A stretch of 63,578 nt of DNA, the filler included, from Octopus bimaculoides (Eukaryota), in NCBI RefSeq assembly GCF_001194135.2. It is 8 parts of 8 records of this genome, joined end to end, with 100 filler letters (N's around TTAATTAATTAA, not from the genome) between each part and the next. Parts side by side here need not be neighbours in the genome. Positions count along the whole stretch, not along the records: positions 24,262 to 52,741 come from NC_068996.1; 7 more parts are not named here. One strand, 5' to 3'. The notes below the pieces were generated by a model. That model made no database searches, was not told the origin of the DNA, and saw nothing but the letters and a program-made list of their open reading frames with translations. Of the stretch, positions 24,468 to 38,500 are shown one piece after another. The translations under genes were made by a program, and so were the position numbers. The stretch's first letter is position 1. Each line of letters begins with the position of its first letter.

Positions 24468-24600
24468 AAGTGTTAACTGCAAACGTAAACAGACTGTATA
24501 TGAAAAGAAAGAATGGTGGCAGAGGACTGATTAGTAGAGACCATTGTATAAGGAGTGAAAGGAGAACGCTTGTCAAGTATTTCATAAATAGTGACAAAGA
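24468..24600 (+). mobile_element. R4/Dong-type non-LTR retrotransposon fragment (RT thumb)
   Basis: ANVNRLYMKRKNGGRGLIS (cf. xRLYxxRxxGGRGL), directly after (TAA)n. Confidence 0.75.
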
Positions 24601-24719
24601 TCTGCTGCTATATAGTGGGACTCATATCATTAGTGATAATTTTAGATGCTATAGGTAGAACGATGGTTGTAATGATAACCATTGTAGTTATGGAAGCAAC
24701 ACAACGCAAGCACGCTATT

Positions 24720-24772
<53 letters not shown>

Positions 24773-24799
24773 ATACATGTGCACGTGTATATACAAATA

Positions 24800-25452
24800 A
24801 AGAGAAGAAGTGAGAGATGGGATCTCAATAATAACTCTTGTGGGAACCCCACGAGAGTTATTGGATGGAAAAGGACATGTGTCCAACGACAGAAAATAAA
24901 TCAATGAATTAAGTGAGAGTGATTAGGAGGAAGGGTTACTTAACTGGAGTAGAAATATCTCGGATTAGTGAGAGTCTGAGAGACCCTGCAGATGGGCTAC
25001 AGAGGATGGTCGGAGTTGAAAATAGAGAGGTAGGAGTTGAAAGCAGGGAGAAGAGAGGAGGAACAGGGGAATGGTGATGGGGTTGTTAAGGATGAGGAAC
25101 AGGAACGTTCTGCAGTGAACCCTGGTACTGTGGTGGGTGGACATGCAGGGGAAATGAACCAACTAGATGATGAATTGCTTGAAATTCAAAGACGACTCAC
25201 CGACTTAATGAATGCTCCCTATGAAAAAAATCCCTATGAATATGAGAAGGGTAGATAGGAGTATGATAAATACTGATATCATAGGATATGATAGATACTG
25301 TCATACCATACATCCAGACGAAGGACAGAACACAAACAAGAAATATTCTCCGAGTTATTGCGCTTCTTGTCGAGGAGAAATTAAAATTTAAGACAACAAA
25401 AAATGGTGGAGCGAAAGAACCATGGTGGAAAAGACGCATTGAAAGGGTCATA
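24800..25452 (+). mobile_element. R4/Dong-type N-terminal region fragment
   Basis: VRVIRRKGYLTGVEI and KEPWWKRRIE motifs, both typical of R4/Dong N-termini. Confidence 0.6.
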
Positions 25453-25644
25453 ATGCGGATGGATGGATGGATGGATGGATGAATGGATGGATGTGCAACT
25501 GTGGCTGAGTGTGATGAAGTTTGTTTCTCAACCACATGATTCCGGGTTCAGTTCTACTGCTGAGAACATTGGACTAGTGTCTACTATTATAGGCTAAGGA
25601 CGACCAAAGTGGATTTGGAAGATGGGAGCTGAAAGAAGCAGTTC

Positions 25645-25690
<46 letters not shown>

Positions 25691-26170
25691 NNNNNNNNNN
25701 NNNNNNNNNNNNNNNNNNNNNNNNNNNNNNNNNNNNNNNNNNNNNNNNNNNNNNNNNNNNNNNNNNNNNNNNNNNNNNNNNNNNNNNNNNNNNNNNNNNN
25801 NNNNNNNNNNNNNNNNNNNNNNNNNNNNNNNNNNNNNNNNNNNNNNNNNNNNNNNNNNNNNNNNNNNNNNNNNNNNNNNNNNNNNNNNNNNNNNNNNNNN
25901 NNNNNNNNNNNNNNNNNNNNNNNNNNNNNNNNNNNNNNNNNNNNNNNNNNNNNNNNNNNNNNNNNNNNNNNNNNNNNNNNNNNNNNNNNNNNNNNNNNNN
26001 NNNNNNNNNNNNNNNNNNNNNNNNNNNNNNNNNNNNNNNNNNNNNNNNNNNNNNNNNNNNNNNNNNNNNNNNNNNNNNNNNNNNNNNNNNNNNNNNNNNN
26101 NNNNNNNNNNNNNNNNNNNNNNNNNNNNNNNNNNNNNNNNNNNNNNNNNNNNNNNNNNNNNNNNNNNNNN

Positions 26171-26480
26171 TAACGTCCAAGTGGCTGAGCATTCCACAGA
26201 CATGTGTACCCTTAACGTAGTTCTCGGGTATATTCAGCGTGACACAGTGTGACAAGGCTGACCCTTTGAATTACAGGCACAACAGAAACAGGAGGTAAGA
26301 GTGAGAGAAAGTTGTGGTGGAAGAGTACAGCAGGGTTCGCCACCATCCCCTGCCGGAGCCTCGTGGGGCTTTAGGTGTTTTCGCTCAATAAACACTCACA
26401 ACGCCCGGTCTGGGAATCAAAACCGTGATCTTATGACCGCGAGTCCGCTGACCTAACCACAGAGCCATTGCGGCTCCACT
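26171..26480 (-). mobile_element. tRNA-derived SINE (family C)
   Basis: Minus strand begins with a tRNA-like head GGCTCTGTGGTTAGG..GGTTTTGATTCCCAGACCGGGC; the body is shared in part with 26545-26820. Confidence 0.65.
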
Positions 26481-26544
26481 ACACATTTGTATACATACAT
26501 ACATTCACACACAGATATATTTATATACATATATATGTATGTTG

Positions 26545-26820
26545 AGCCGATCAACAGAACAGTCTACTCGTGAAATGAACGTGTAAATGGCTGAGCACTC
26601 CGAAGACACGTATATCCCCAAGATAGTTTCCAGAAAGATTCAGCATGACACCGAATGTGATGTGGCTGGCCCTTTAAAATACACGTACTGCTCATTTTTG
26701 CCAGCTGAGTTCCCTGGAGCAACTTTAAATAAAGTGTCTTGCTCAGGATAAAACGCGCCACCTGGGATCGAATTCACGACCTTGCGATCGCGAGCCGAAT
26801 ACCCTAACCACTAAGCCACA
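26545..26820 (-). mobile_element. tRNA-derived SINE related to family C
   Basis: Head TGGCTTAGTGGTTAGGG..GAATTCGATCCC followed by CCTGAGCAAGACACTT; shares GTGGCTGAGCACTCC with 26171-26480. Confidence 0.65.
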
Positions 26821-27429
26821 CATCTTCACCTACACACACACACGCACACACACATACATAGACATATACACACGCACATGAACGCACGCAGACACACATA
26901 CATACACTCACACACACACACATATATATGCATATATATGTATATATATATATATATATGTATATCAAATATATTTGACTGGTTAACATTTTTGATCGAC
27001 CGAGCGTTGTAGATGTTGTTTGACTCGGAAGAATTCAGTATTTCGATTGCACAGAAATTAATCATTTCCCGTTAGATGTCGGATTGATTTAAAAGTGAAA
27101 AGAAAATGGTTTGGTAAAACCGTAACTGATCGACTATTATATATTTGATGTCGTCAGGTGACAGGTCCTAGTGAAAGTTCAATATCCTATGGTAATGAAG
27201 TCAAAGTTATAAGTGACGTTAATTACAAGTGTATGAAATACAACATACAACAGTTTCTAAATGTGATTACTACCATTTTCCAAAACGACAAGAAACTGTA
27301 AGGAATTCAATTGCAGAGTATCTGCAGCTTTGTGTAGATGGTCTATATAATAGTAATCGCCTTTCCATGTTAGATATAGTCAATGTGTTCTTTTTCGTTA
27401 TTTACGCATTTATAAATTTACGTTTTCTG

Positions 27430-27805
<376 letters not shown>

Positions 27806-27810
<5 letters not shown>

Positions 27811-28202
27811 ATTATTTTCATATACACTCAACAGATTAGACTGCTGGAAAAGAAAAGAATTCTAGCATCGGGCTACAACAAGTAACCTTAGATGTCAAGA
27901 ACCCTCTGAAGTATCTTAGCTGTCCCTAATAACACTGTTTTCTGGAGCTGTAGTAAATTGGGTTTTATGCCTATTTCCTCTATCTATTAGATCTTTAGGG
28001 ATAGATCCCAATGCACCTATAACTACTGGGTTATATTTTGCCCGTACTTTCCATAGTGTCTGTAATTCAATGGCTAGGTCCTGGTACATTGCTGTTTTTT
28101 CTATACTTCTTTTTTCATCATTTGGGACTGTTAAGTCAGTTACCTGACACTTTCTATTCTCTTTATCTACTACTACTGCTGCTGCTGCCGCCGCTACTAC
28201 TG

Positions 28203-28260
<58 letters not shown>

Positions 28261-31110
28261 CAAATCAGGCATTCTAACTTATATTACTCTGTCAGTCAGA
28301 ATGTTAAAGTCCCAGAATATCTTGTATTTCTTACTTTCTAGTACTTTACTAGATTCATGTTCATACCATTTATCAGTAAGTTCAAATCTTAGGTTTCTAC
28401 ACAGCACCCAGTGGCTTGCTCTCCCTAGATTGTCATGTCTTTTCTTGTATATTTTCTGTGCCAGCATGCTACATTCACTTACTATATGAGTAACGCTTTC
28501 CAATTTTTATATGCATAATCTACATTGGGAACCAATTTGGTTTTTGCCTATTTTAGCTTTTATTCAATTAATACTTGATCTTGTGCAGCTACTAACAAAC
28601 TTTCTGTCTTCTTCTTGAGTTTTCCTTTCTCGAACCATAACCATGTCACACTACCACTGTTTGTTGCAACCATCTCTGGAAATCTACCATGCAACGCCTT
28701 CTTCTGCCAGTCAGATAATTTCTGTTCTTCTTTCTGGTTTTTAACTTTATTTAGATTTTCGGTTTCCCTATGTCTTGCTGTTACTCTTGCAGCTTTTAAT
28801 AAACTTTCTTCACTATTACCTACATAGGCATCTATATTTATTCTAGCTAACTCCATGCAATCTTCTACTGATATTAACCCTCTTCCGCCTTCCTTTCTAG
28901 GTAGGTATTATCTTGCTACTCCTGCCCTTGGGTGGAGTCCTCCATTCATATTGAATTCCTTCTTAGTTCTTCTGTCTACCTTTGCTAATTCAGTTTTTGT
29001 CCAATTTAGAAAAGCTACTGAGTATCTAAGTGATGACACTGCCCAAGTATTTACAGCCTTCACTAGATTCGGACCATTTAGTTTTAACTTTGTTGTTGAC
29101 TACCTGTCCCCTTCTTATGACTTATATTATACACTTCTATGCCAAATGCCAAATTCTATGCCTATATCTTTGCTGAAGAGTCTTGTTCATTCTTACTAAA
29201 AGGCTTGAAACCATCCTATTAAACTGAGGAGTATCAAATATAAGACAAATATTAAAGGGACAAGTTCCCTTCGAAAATTCCTCTTTTGATATTAAGAAGT
29301 GTGTCACCTAAGTAGAGATCTACTTTCCATTTCTTCATGCTGAAGCTAATTAATTCTCCTATGCTGTCTGTTCTACTGAATATTCTCAGACATTCACTTA
29401 TCCATGAGTGTGGGACGCTGTCATAGGCTTTCTTATAATCTATCCATGCTATTGTTAGATCTTTCTTTCTAGCTTTTACTTCATTTAGAACTGCTTTGTC
29501 TATGTGTAATAGATCATGCTTTCCTCTAGCCTTCTTCCTGCATCCTCTCTGTTCTTGTACTAACTTTTGGTTTCAAAGTGCTCGTAAATGCTTTCTGAAA
29601 GCATTCCTGTTAACAGCTTCCACACTAATGGCAAGCATGTGGTTGGTCTACATTTGCTAGCTGTATTAACCTTGCTCTTATCTTACATAAAGTGTATTGT
29701 ACTCCCTCTAGTCATCCAATCTGGTATTATTCCTCCATTAAGGCAATCCTGAAGTTGTTTCCTCAGCTTCCCAAGTAAACTATTGAATTTCTTTAGCCAG
29801 TACCCTTGAATTAAATATGGTCCTGGGCCCTTCGAATTCTGCATTTTCCTAACACTTTACTCATTAATGCACTAGTCAATCTTAAATCTGGCTGCTTCTC
29901 ACTTCTACTTCTTCCCTCACTATTTTTAGTCATACTACATTATTATCGACTGGTTTATCCCAACTATTACTCCAGAGCTTTCTAGCTTCCCCTGCATTAG
30001 TTTTCTCATCTTCACATCTTCAGTACTTTGTTCTCCACTATTTATTTGGCTATAAAATCTCATCTGGTCTGTCTCAAATAATCTATTCTGTTGATACTGA
30101 TCTACTCTTTTCTGATATCTGGAGAACTTGCCTGCTACTGCTATGATACGATGATTTAACTTTTCTATCATTCTCCTAAATCCTTTCGCTTTGTCTAAGG
30201 ATCTTTCCTCGAGAGAAGATTTGCATCCTGCGTTTCCTAAGTTATTTTTTTGTTTTCCAGGCTTCCGTTCTACTCAGGTCTTGTCTTCACTTTCTTTTGT
30301 AGTCTCCTTTTCCACATTTGCTCTTTCCCTGTGAGATATCTAATCTTCTGGTGACTACTGCCCTCTTGCATAGATCAGTAAGTTAGTATCTTCTATATTT
30401 TTTGTATCTATCTACTTTTCTAATAATTTCTTGTAACTTCCTACTGTTGTAGGAAGCTTCTTGCAGCTTCCATGTATTTTAATGCTGGCAATCTTTTTCT
30501 TACTTCTTTACTCATTACTTCTTGCAACTCATCTAAAATCTTCTGATCTTCCTCATATAAATCACTTAAGTCGTTGCTACCAATTGTCCCTTCCTTATTG
30601 GTAGCACTATTATTATTTTTTTCCTTTAGGTTCTTCTTTGGCATGAGATATAACTCTTCTGTTGTCGTTTGCCTTTCCTACTGCCTGATCTTTCTTTTCC
30701 GGTTCTCTTGTGATCTCTTCTACCACCAATTCTGTCATCCACTGTCTTCTCCTAATAGCATTAGCCTGATCAACTAATCTCTGCTCAGTCACTTTAAACA
30801 TACCCTTCTCTATCAAAAGTGTTAACATCTGTTTTCTATAACCTCTTCTTTTAGGTTCAGTTTCTAAGTAGCACTGCATCACTATCCTGTTTTCTTCGCT
30901 GGTCCACTTCCTTCTCCTTACTCTATTATCTGCTGATGCTGCCTTAGGATAACAGCAGTGGTCAATCTGCATCTTTATTGATCCACTGCCGAGCGAGAGG
31001 CCTTTCCATAAAGGTCCAGCTTCATTTTCGCTGTTACAACCAGTTTTTTCGGAAACTCCTATCTCTTATAAGATGAGGTAAGGTAACGTTCGTCATCATC
31101 ACCATTATTA
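27806..31110 (-). mobile_element. Near full-length but degraded R4/Dong-type RLE non-LTR retrotransposon
   Basis: N-terminal RKWTSEENRIVMQCY..EQRLVDQ; RT IDYKKAYDSVPHSWI and RGIF; AAQDQ; ESVTHIVSEC..RHD; RLE PDL..D..K..PVVIGALG; LGTAKIL at the C-terminus. Confidence 0.9.
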
Positions 31111-31189
31111 TTTCTCGACTTCTGAAAGTTTCAAGCAACTCTCCTGGTTTCGATTGTCCATAAACTTCTTCTATATGCTATTAGTTCCG

Positions 31190-31320
31190 TCCTTCATTTT
31201 GTCATACTTTTCCAAGTAATCGCTCAACATTCGATACAATACCAAATAGGTTCATAAATCCCATAATCCAAGAATGTGGAATCATATCGTACGCCTTACG
31301 ATAATCGATCAACAACGGCA
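31190..31320 (-). mobile_element. Separate R4/Dong RT fragment
   Basis: LIDYRKAYDMIPHSWIMGFMNLFGI. Confidence 0.7.
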
Positions 31321-34300
31321 TCATCATCAACAAGGACAGCAAAACCAATAAAGTTTGGAAAATCACCAACACCAGCGTCAACAGCAACCCCAGCAATATC
31401 ATAAACATAAATTACAGCAGCAACACCAACCACAGCAACACCAACCACAGCAACACCAACCACAGCAACACCAACCACAGCAACACCAACCACAGCAACA
31501 CCACCAACTTCAGTGACATCAGCAATAGCAACAACACCAACAATACCAGCAACAGATGCACCAGCTTTACTCGCCTTAACAGCAGACGAGTTAATATATA
31601 AGAACGCACACAGCACCCAGGGGCTACCTCAACGATACTCTCCCACCCCTCTATCCGGCTACTTCAAATCCCATCGATCCACGTCCTGATTCCACAACTC
31701 ACACTAATAAGCAACGCAGCAAAAATGAGGCGGGAACCACAACAACCAAAAAAAGAGAGAGACGAAAACGAATCACAAAAATGCATTTAGTCTCATATCA
31801 ACCCACACAACAAAAAACAGAAATTACACCAACTGCGACAGAAACACTTACAGCATTACCAACCTTTCCAGCACCACAATTACAAACTTCGCCACCAACA
31901 CTACTCCATCTACAACAACCGACCTAAAGAAAACACTCTCAACAACAACAAGCAACCACACAAACACCAAACTTCGTGCTAGTGAGATCAAATACAAAAT
32001 TAATGGACCCCCTACCACGAAGGAAGGATGTCGAGACAGATGATGTGATCTTTTGCACCAGCATCTTTTAAGTGTCGGAAGTATTGGTGTTGGGGCGAAT
32101 GCCCATAGAAGCATATAAACACATTAGGAAGATCTTCCCACAAGATGAGGTAACTTCTAATTCAAAGACCACGAGTAGGCTTTTAAAGGGGTTCCCAGAG
32201 GAACCCCAACAACTCATGGACGTTGAACCACCTCCAGTGACATCCATATGATACGTAGACGCCCCTTAGTGTCTTCTCCAAATTTTGTCCTGTCATCATG
32301 GGGTTTTTAAGAGAAGGTAGTATAGATGTTCGTGGCCTGGGATCGCCCTGGAAGCAGGGTTACCTGCTCAACTACCTCAGCTCACTATCTATGGATGTAA
32401 CAGCTGTCAGCGAAACCAGGATTTCCGACACATGTGATCTAGCTCCCATTTTTGACGATTTCGAGAGCTATGCATCTTTTAGTAGGCCTGGAATTGCGGG
32501 GGCGAGGTAGCAGTACTGTTTAGGAAAAACCTGGATCTCGAGTTACGGATGATCTTCTTGGAGCCGGAAGGTAAGATGGTAGTCTTGGATGCAACGAAAG
32601 TGGTACTTGCAGACTAGTCGATGTATATGTCCCAACTGGGACGGGGCAGCCAGATTTCTTGAGGTTTGAAGGTTTTCCTTGAGGCGTCTCGCTCTTTAGT
32701 TCTAGTGCCGATTGGAACGCCATTTTGGATGTACACCTGGATAGGGTGGAGCAAGCCGATAGGAAGGGGATTGCAAAAGCCTCACAAACCTACTCAGTCG
32801 TTTCCAATTGGCTCACAGATACTGAGTGGACTTCTCGAATGTACCAATGTGGATATGGGCAAACAGCACAGGATCTTCCAAATCGTATTTGGATAGAATA
32901 TTCTGCAGACCAGTAGATAAAAATAGTATAGGTTGTCCACAATTCAAAGTAGTCGACTATACGGACCACAAATTTGTGATCTGCACAGTGGACCTAGATA
33001 GGATCCATAGGCAGGGCCCGGGTACTTTCCCAACGCGTCAAGCATTCAGAAACCAGGTTAGCAAGCTAGTTCATCAGAAGTTGGCGAGCGCTATCGTAAA
33101 CAACCGTCGTTGGATAGCCCTGTAAATGGCTAATTAGAGTAGAGCTAGTAGGATTTAATAAGTAACTAGCCTTAGAGGAACCTAGATAGATGGAGAGCTA
33201 GTTAGGAAGCCAGATGTGGCGCTTAGGAGCGGCATTGCGACTGACGTGCTGGAGGCGAGATTGGCTCTTGATCAATTCTTCAATGCCAAGCATGAAGGTT
33301 GCATCGTCAAAGCTAGAGCGCGTACTCTAAGACATGAGGGGACAAAAGTCATTCGATGGGCCCGAGTGGCATAGGTGCAACTTGGCAACAGAGCCACAGT
33401 TCGGTCTTTCTCGGGCCGGGACAGGCGTATGCTACACGAGTCCAAGCAGATGTGTACGAACTGTTCGGGGCGCGGAGTGTGACGGGGACGGAGGTGGATT
33501 TCAACTCCTACCTCGGCAGCATGCCATGCCTTTCGGCCAGGAATGCAGAGTTCTGCGAAATACTGATAACAGCCGAAGACATACGGGACGCCATGTAGGC
33601 CTGCTCAAGAGAGAAGTCTCCGGGGCTAGTTGGTCTACTTTTCGAGCTTTATCTTCACACACCAGACTTGTTCAGAGATTTCTTGGCAGATGTCTACCAG
33701 AACTGGCAACAGGATGGGGGAATACCCAGTGCTGTAAGCCATGGCGTGGTGGTGCTACTGAGAAAGGACCCAAATAAGTGGTGGGACGCAATTAGATAAC
33801 TTTAGGCCCATAACTCTGCTAAACGCATATTATAAGATTTGAGTCAAGTTGTTAGCTGGTCGATAACGCACAAACATGCGCTATTCCGAACAGATCTATC
33901 CACGACAACCTCCACCTCACGGGCTACATCATAGAGAGAGTCGGGAAGGAACCTAGCATGGGTGGGGCACTGATCAATTTGGATCAATCAAAAGCTTTTG
34001 ACAGGGTCAACCATCAATATTTGGAGGCTGTCCTCGCAGCGGCCGGCTTCGGTCCCGTTTTCAGAAGCTGGATTGCTACAATGTATAGTGGCATCTGTTT
34101 GGTGGTCAAAGTAAACGGCCATCTTTCGGAATCGATTAGCATCGGTCTCTCGTCCCCATCTGTACGTACTAGCTCACGAGCCATTACTAAGGAAGTTGTA
34201 TATTTCGAGGGGCATTCAGCGCGAGCTAGGATTCGGAAGGTTCGTGTCGACTTATGCAGACGACATCATCGTAATAGTGTCGGACACCTCGGAAATCGAG

Positions 34301-35560
34301 AAGATCGACTCTACTTTAAGAGAGTACGATGCGGTGACAGGAGCAAAAATTAATCAGGACAAGTCGGCACCTGGGGAGCTAAGTCCATGCCAACCGACAA
34401 CGTGGTGGGACGCTGGACGGAAGGACGAGTTAAATTGCTCGGGTCTGCTTTGGTCCTGACCTCCAAATGGACAAGAACTGGGGCGAGGTGAGAGCAGAGT
34501 AGCCAATCTCACCCAGAAATGAGCAGAGAGGAAGCTGTCCCTGAACGGTCGGGTGGAGGTGGTGAATGCTTCCGTCATCTACTATCGCCTGACCGTCGTT
34601 CCTTGCACTGTTTTATGGCTGACCAAGCTGGAGCTCTTGTTCTTCCGCTTTCTGTGGAAGGGTCGTGTTCCACTCGTCAGTCGGTCCATCTGCTATCAAC
34701 ATCCGCTGAGTTGAGGACTGGGTATGCTGTGGCTAATGATGTGCAAACACGCACTGAGGCTGCAGCATCTCCAGCACTTTCTTAACGGAGAACAGGTGTG
34801 GTCACCGTTTGTCAAATAGGATTTTCCGCAGCTCATCTCATTGACAGAGCTACAGTTCTGGATCAAGCGTAGCCCAAGAAAGGGCGGTTGGCACCTGGAG
34901 TATTATTGGTAAGCGCCCACAGCTTTCTGCCAGTTGGGCAACGCGGTGGGTGGAGGTTCCACCATGGAGTTCTATAGGGTATTAGTGGCGGGCAAGAGTG
35001 ACGATGACCTCGGGAGAACTCGTGGCGTCGGGAGGGATCAATTAACTGATATTTTCCGGAGGATTTTCTGGCCGGGGCCTATGGATAACTTCCAGAAGTC
35101 CCTGGTCTGGCAGTGCTACCGGGGAGTTCTGCCGGTTCCAGACAAGCTCTACAGACACGGAAGTGCTGGCAGACAGACTTTTCCGAAGAGTGCGCAGGGC
35201 GACAAAACCGTCCTGCACGCACTCATCCAGTGTCTGTGCATTACTAACATGTGGAGATTTGTCGAACTGCTGTTATCACGTGTAGGACGGATCCGGTTAT
35301 CAGCCGAGTCCATCGTGAAGATCGCACCGCCGCCTTCCTTTGTCAGAGAAAGAGAGGCAATTTCTCTTTGTCTGGTGGCTATGGCGAAAGAGATAGTGTG
35401 GTGGACAAAATTGAAAGGACTGAAGACAGATACGTTCCTCTTCGGCCAAGCCCTCATTGACTTTTTCAAGTTCCACTTGAAAAGGAAAGTGAGAGTAGAG
35501 AGGGAAGTTCTCCCCCCACTGCAGTAAATTTGTTGGAAGGTGATCCTTTTCATGCAAAAA
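31321..35560 (+). mobile_element. Tx1/L1-like LINE, copy 1 (ORF1 low-complexity tail, APE endonuclease, RT, zf-RVT-like region), decayed
   Basis: GSIDVRGL..VSETR; YLDRIF..YTDH; LDQSKAFDRVNHQYL; YADD (34255 region); WQCYRGVLPV..HALIQC. A 15-bp tandem repeat ACACCAACCACAGCA lies at ~31423-31500. Confidence 0.85.
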
Positions 35561-38500
35561 AGACGTCATCAATGAACCGTAACCAGAGTATTGGTTCATG
35601 AGACCACGTAGAGATTTGAATGTCTTCAGTATCTGTGAATTTCATCATGAATACATTAGCGAAATTAACTGTCTTGGGGTTACCAAGTCATCTCTTCAGA
35701 GAATACAATTCTCTGAAGAGGAACTTAAAAATGCCAGACAGCTAGTCGAGAGAGATGGGCTGGCTGTAAAGCTAAATACCTTCTTCGAGACTATCCAGGA
35801 TACGATACATTGCACAGTAACATACCGTACAACCGGATTAAAATCAAGGAGGGTAGAAAGAGCCACAGAGGCCCAAATATAAAAAAGCTTTAGGTTCCGC
35901 CTGGAATTTAAAGGAATATATACAGTCAGGAAGGGGTTATGAGATGGTAGAGGTCAGATTCCGCACAGAAGAGAAAGCTAACTCTCACTCTCTGAAACCC
36001 GGGAAAAGCGAGGAGCTGTTGTTGGCTTCTTTCTTCTGCGGCCAGAGACTGGCCAAAATGATCATAGAACAGGCGCCACCAGAAATAGCCATTCCTCGGA
36101 TAATTGCTGCAGTAATAATAGGCATCGATAAAAACTCGAAAATCTTCGAAGCCTATCAAACCTAAAAAGAGAACTGGTCCGGGATGACGATAGAAGTCCT
36201 CATCCAAACGATACAAAAGAATGTGGATCTCATCCCAGACCAGATCCATGTCCTTGGAAGCAGCATTATTCCAGTCAGGGTGCAAAGTGGCACATTTGCT
36301 TTTCGACAACTCATTTAAAAGCCTTCAGCTCTAAATTGAAAGAAAAGGAAAGACGGGCATCTCTCCTCGCTACACCAGCAACAGCCTCGAGAAATCAAGC
36401 GACAACAGCAGCGGCACCATAAGCAGATTCAGCCGCAGCAGCACCACTGACAGCTATACCGATACCGAATTCCCCAAAACAATCCTCAGCGCCTGAAGAT
36501 ATTCCACTTTCCGATGCAGAGCAAGTAGGCATCACAAGTGGAGAGTCGGACCACGATAAATGGTGGAAATTGAAAACAAAACATTGAAAAAAAGACAGAG
36601 AGAAAAACAAACATTTGGACAAACAGCAACAATCTTCATCCACACAAGCAGCAGAGAGGGAAAAAAATAAAACCAACATAAACAAATACACCCAAAACAG
36701 ATACTGCACCGACACCACCACCTCTAACACCTGAAACAGAACCTCAAACACGTGCTATCCCCCACGCAGAACCACAACAACAGCAATAACAATCACAACC
36801 ACGAAAACATCAACAACCACAACAATAACAATAGCAACAACAACAGACACCAAGTAAAGAGACTAACATTACAAACTACATGGCAACAAGCATTAAAAAA
36901 AACAATGAATTGGTGAAGTACATAATAACACACAGAAACAGATTTTGTCACACATGCAATCTCCCTAACTGCTCACATACAAATCTTTCAAACAACACAA
37001 AACACATACACACACTTAAAAACCCAATGCTCACACGAAATCGGAGATTTTTGAGGGAATAACACTAAGAGAATTCTTGGTGATTTGCTACTGGAAGCAC
37101 ACGAAGCCAACAGGAGGGACGGAAAATTTGCCACTCCAAAACAAAAACAAAAAAACAAGTTAGTTTTCCTTTCTTTTCTTTTCTTTTTCTAACAACATGG
37201 ACGTGCACAAAATAGGCAGCGGGAATGTACGTGGCGTAGGATTGCTTTAGAAACGGAATCACCTGCTCTACGACCTCAGAACACTGAATGTCGATGTAAT
37301 GACCATCAGTGAAACAAGAATTTCCCATTTTCGATGACTATGAGGTGTACGCATCTCTAAGTCGTCCGGGAGCGGGAAGCTGAGTAGCCATGACGGTTCG
37401 GAATAATCTGGATTTTGCAATAAGGACGATCTTCCTGTATCTGGAAGGTAAGTCGGTGGTGCTGAGCGTAACAGGCAGCGAAAGACACACTTTCAGGCTA
37501 ATTGCCGCCTAAGTCTCGACAGGTGCAGGATGACCAGATTTCTTCAGACGTCTGGAAACTTTCCTGAGAATGTCCCGCTCTTTAATGTTAGTAGGGGATT
37601 GGAATGGAGTTTTAGATGTAAGATGGGACTGTGTGGATTTAGCAGATAAGGAAGAAGGGTGCAAAAGCCTTTCAAACCTGTTCAGACGATTCCAATTGTC
37701 TGGTAGGTATCGACTGGATTTCCCGGAAGTGCCAGTATGGACCTGGTCAAACCGCATCGGGTCATCCATATCGAATCTATTCTGTAGACAAACAGATAAG
37801 GATAGCATAGTTTGTCTACAATTTAAAGTAGTCGACTACACAGACCAAAAATTCGTGATCTGTACAGTCGACTTAGATAGGCTTCATAGACAGGGACCTG
37901 ACTACTGAAAGCTAAACACGTCACTACCGGTGCGAAAAGAATTCAGAGACCAGATTAGTCAACTATTTAAGAAGGCTTTGACGAAGGCAATAATGAGCAA
38001 TAAATGGTAGTTCGTCCCAAGAAGGGCGATTAAAATAGAATCAATAAGGCTTCTCAAAGGACTAGCAGTAGAAAGAAACAGAGTAGAAGCAGGGCTAGTC
38101 AAGAGGTTAGATGAGGCTTTTAGAAAAGTCATCGCTATCGACATGCTCGCAGCGAGATTGGCACTCAACCAATTATTCAACGCGAAGCACGAAGGTTGGG
38201 TTGTCAGACCTAAGGTACGAGCACTTAGACACGAAAGACGAAAGCTGTTCAATGGGCCCGAGTGGCAGAGGCCCGCATGGCAATAAAATCTACGATCCGA
38301 TCCTTGCCGGATCATGACAGGCAAGTGATAGTTGATCCGAAACCGACCTGTGCGGCCTTTCAGCGCGCTTCACTCAACTTTTCAGGGGTAGCGGTGAGCC
38401 GGGTCGCAGGATGGATTTCACGTCCTACCTCGACGGGCTGTCGACGATGGCGGTGGAGCGCTGCGAAAGGCCAATAACAACCTCTGAAATACGGGAAGCA

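Noticed and set aside
30988-31001. HDV-like ribozyme P3/L3 motif (GCC-TCTCGCTC-GGC, minus strand) near the Dong 5' end
   Set aside because: No P1 or P2 partner strands were found at the required positions.
31423-31500. 15-bp direct repeats as a CRISPR-like array
   Set aside because: Contiguous tandem units with no unique spacers, inside the LINE low-complexity region; eukaryotic context.
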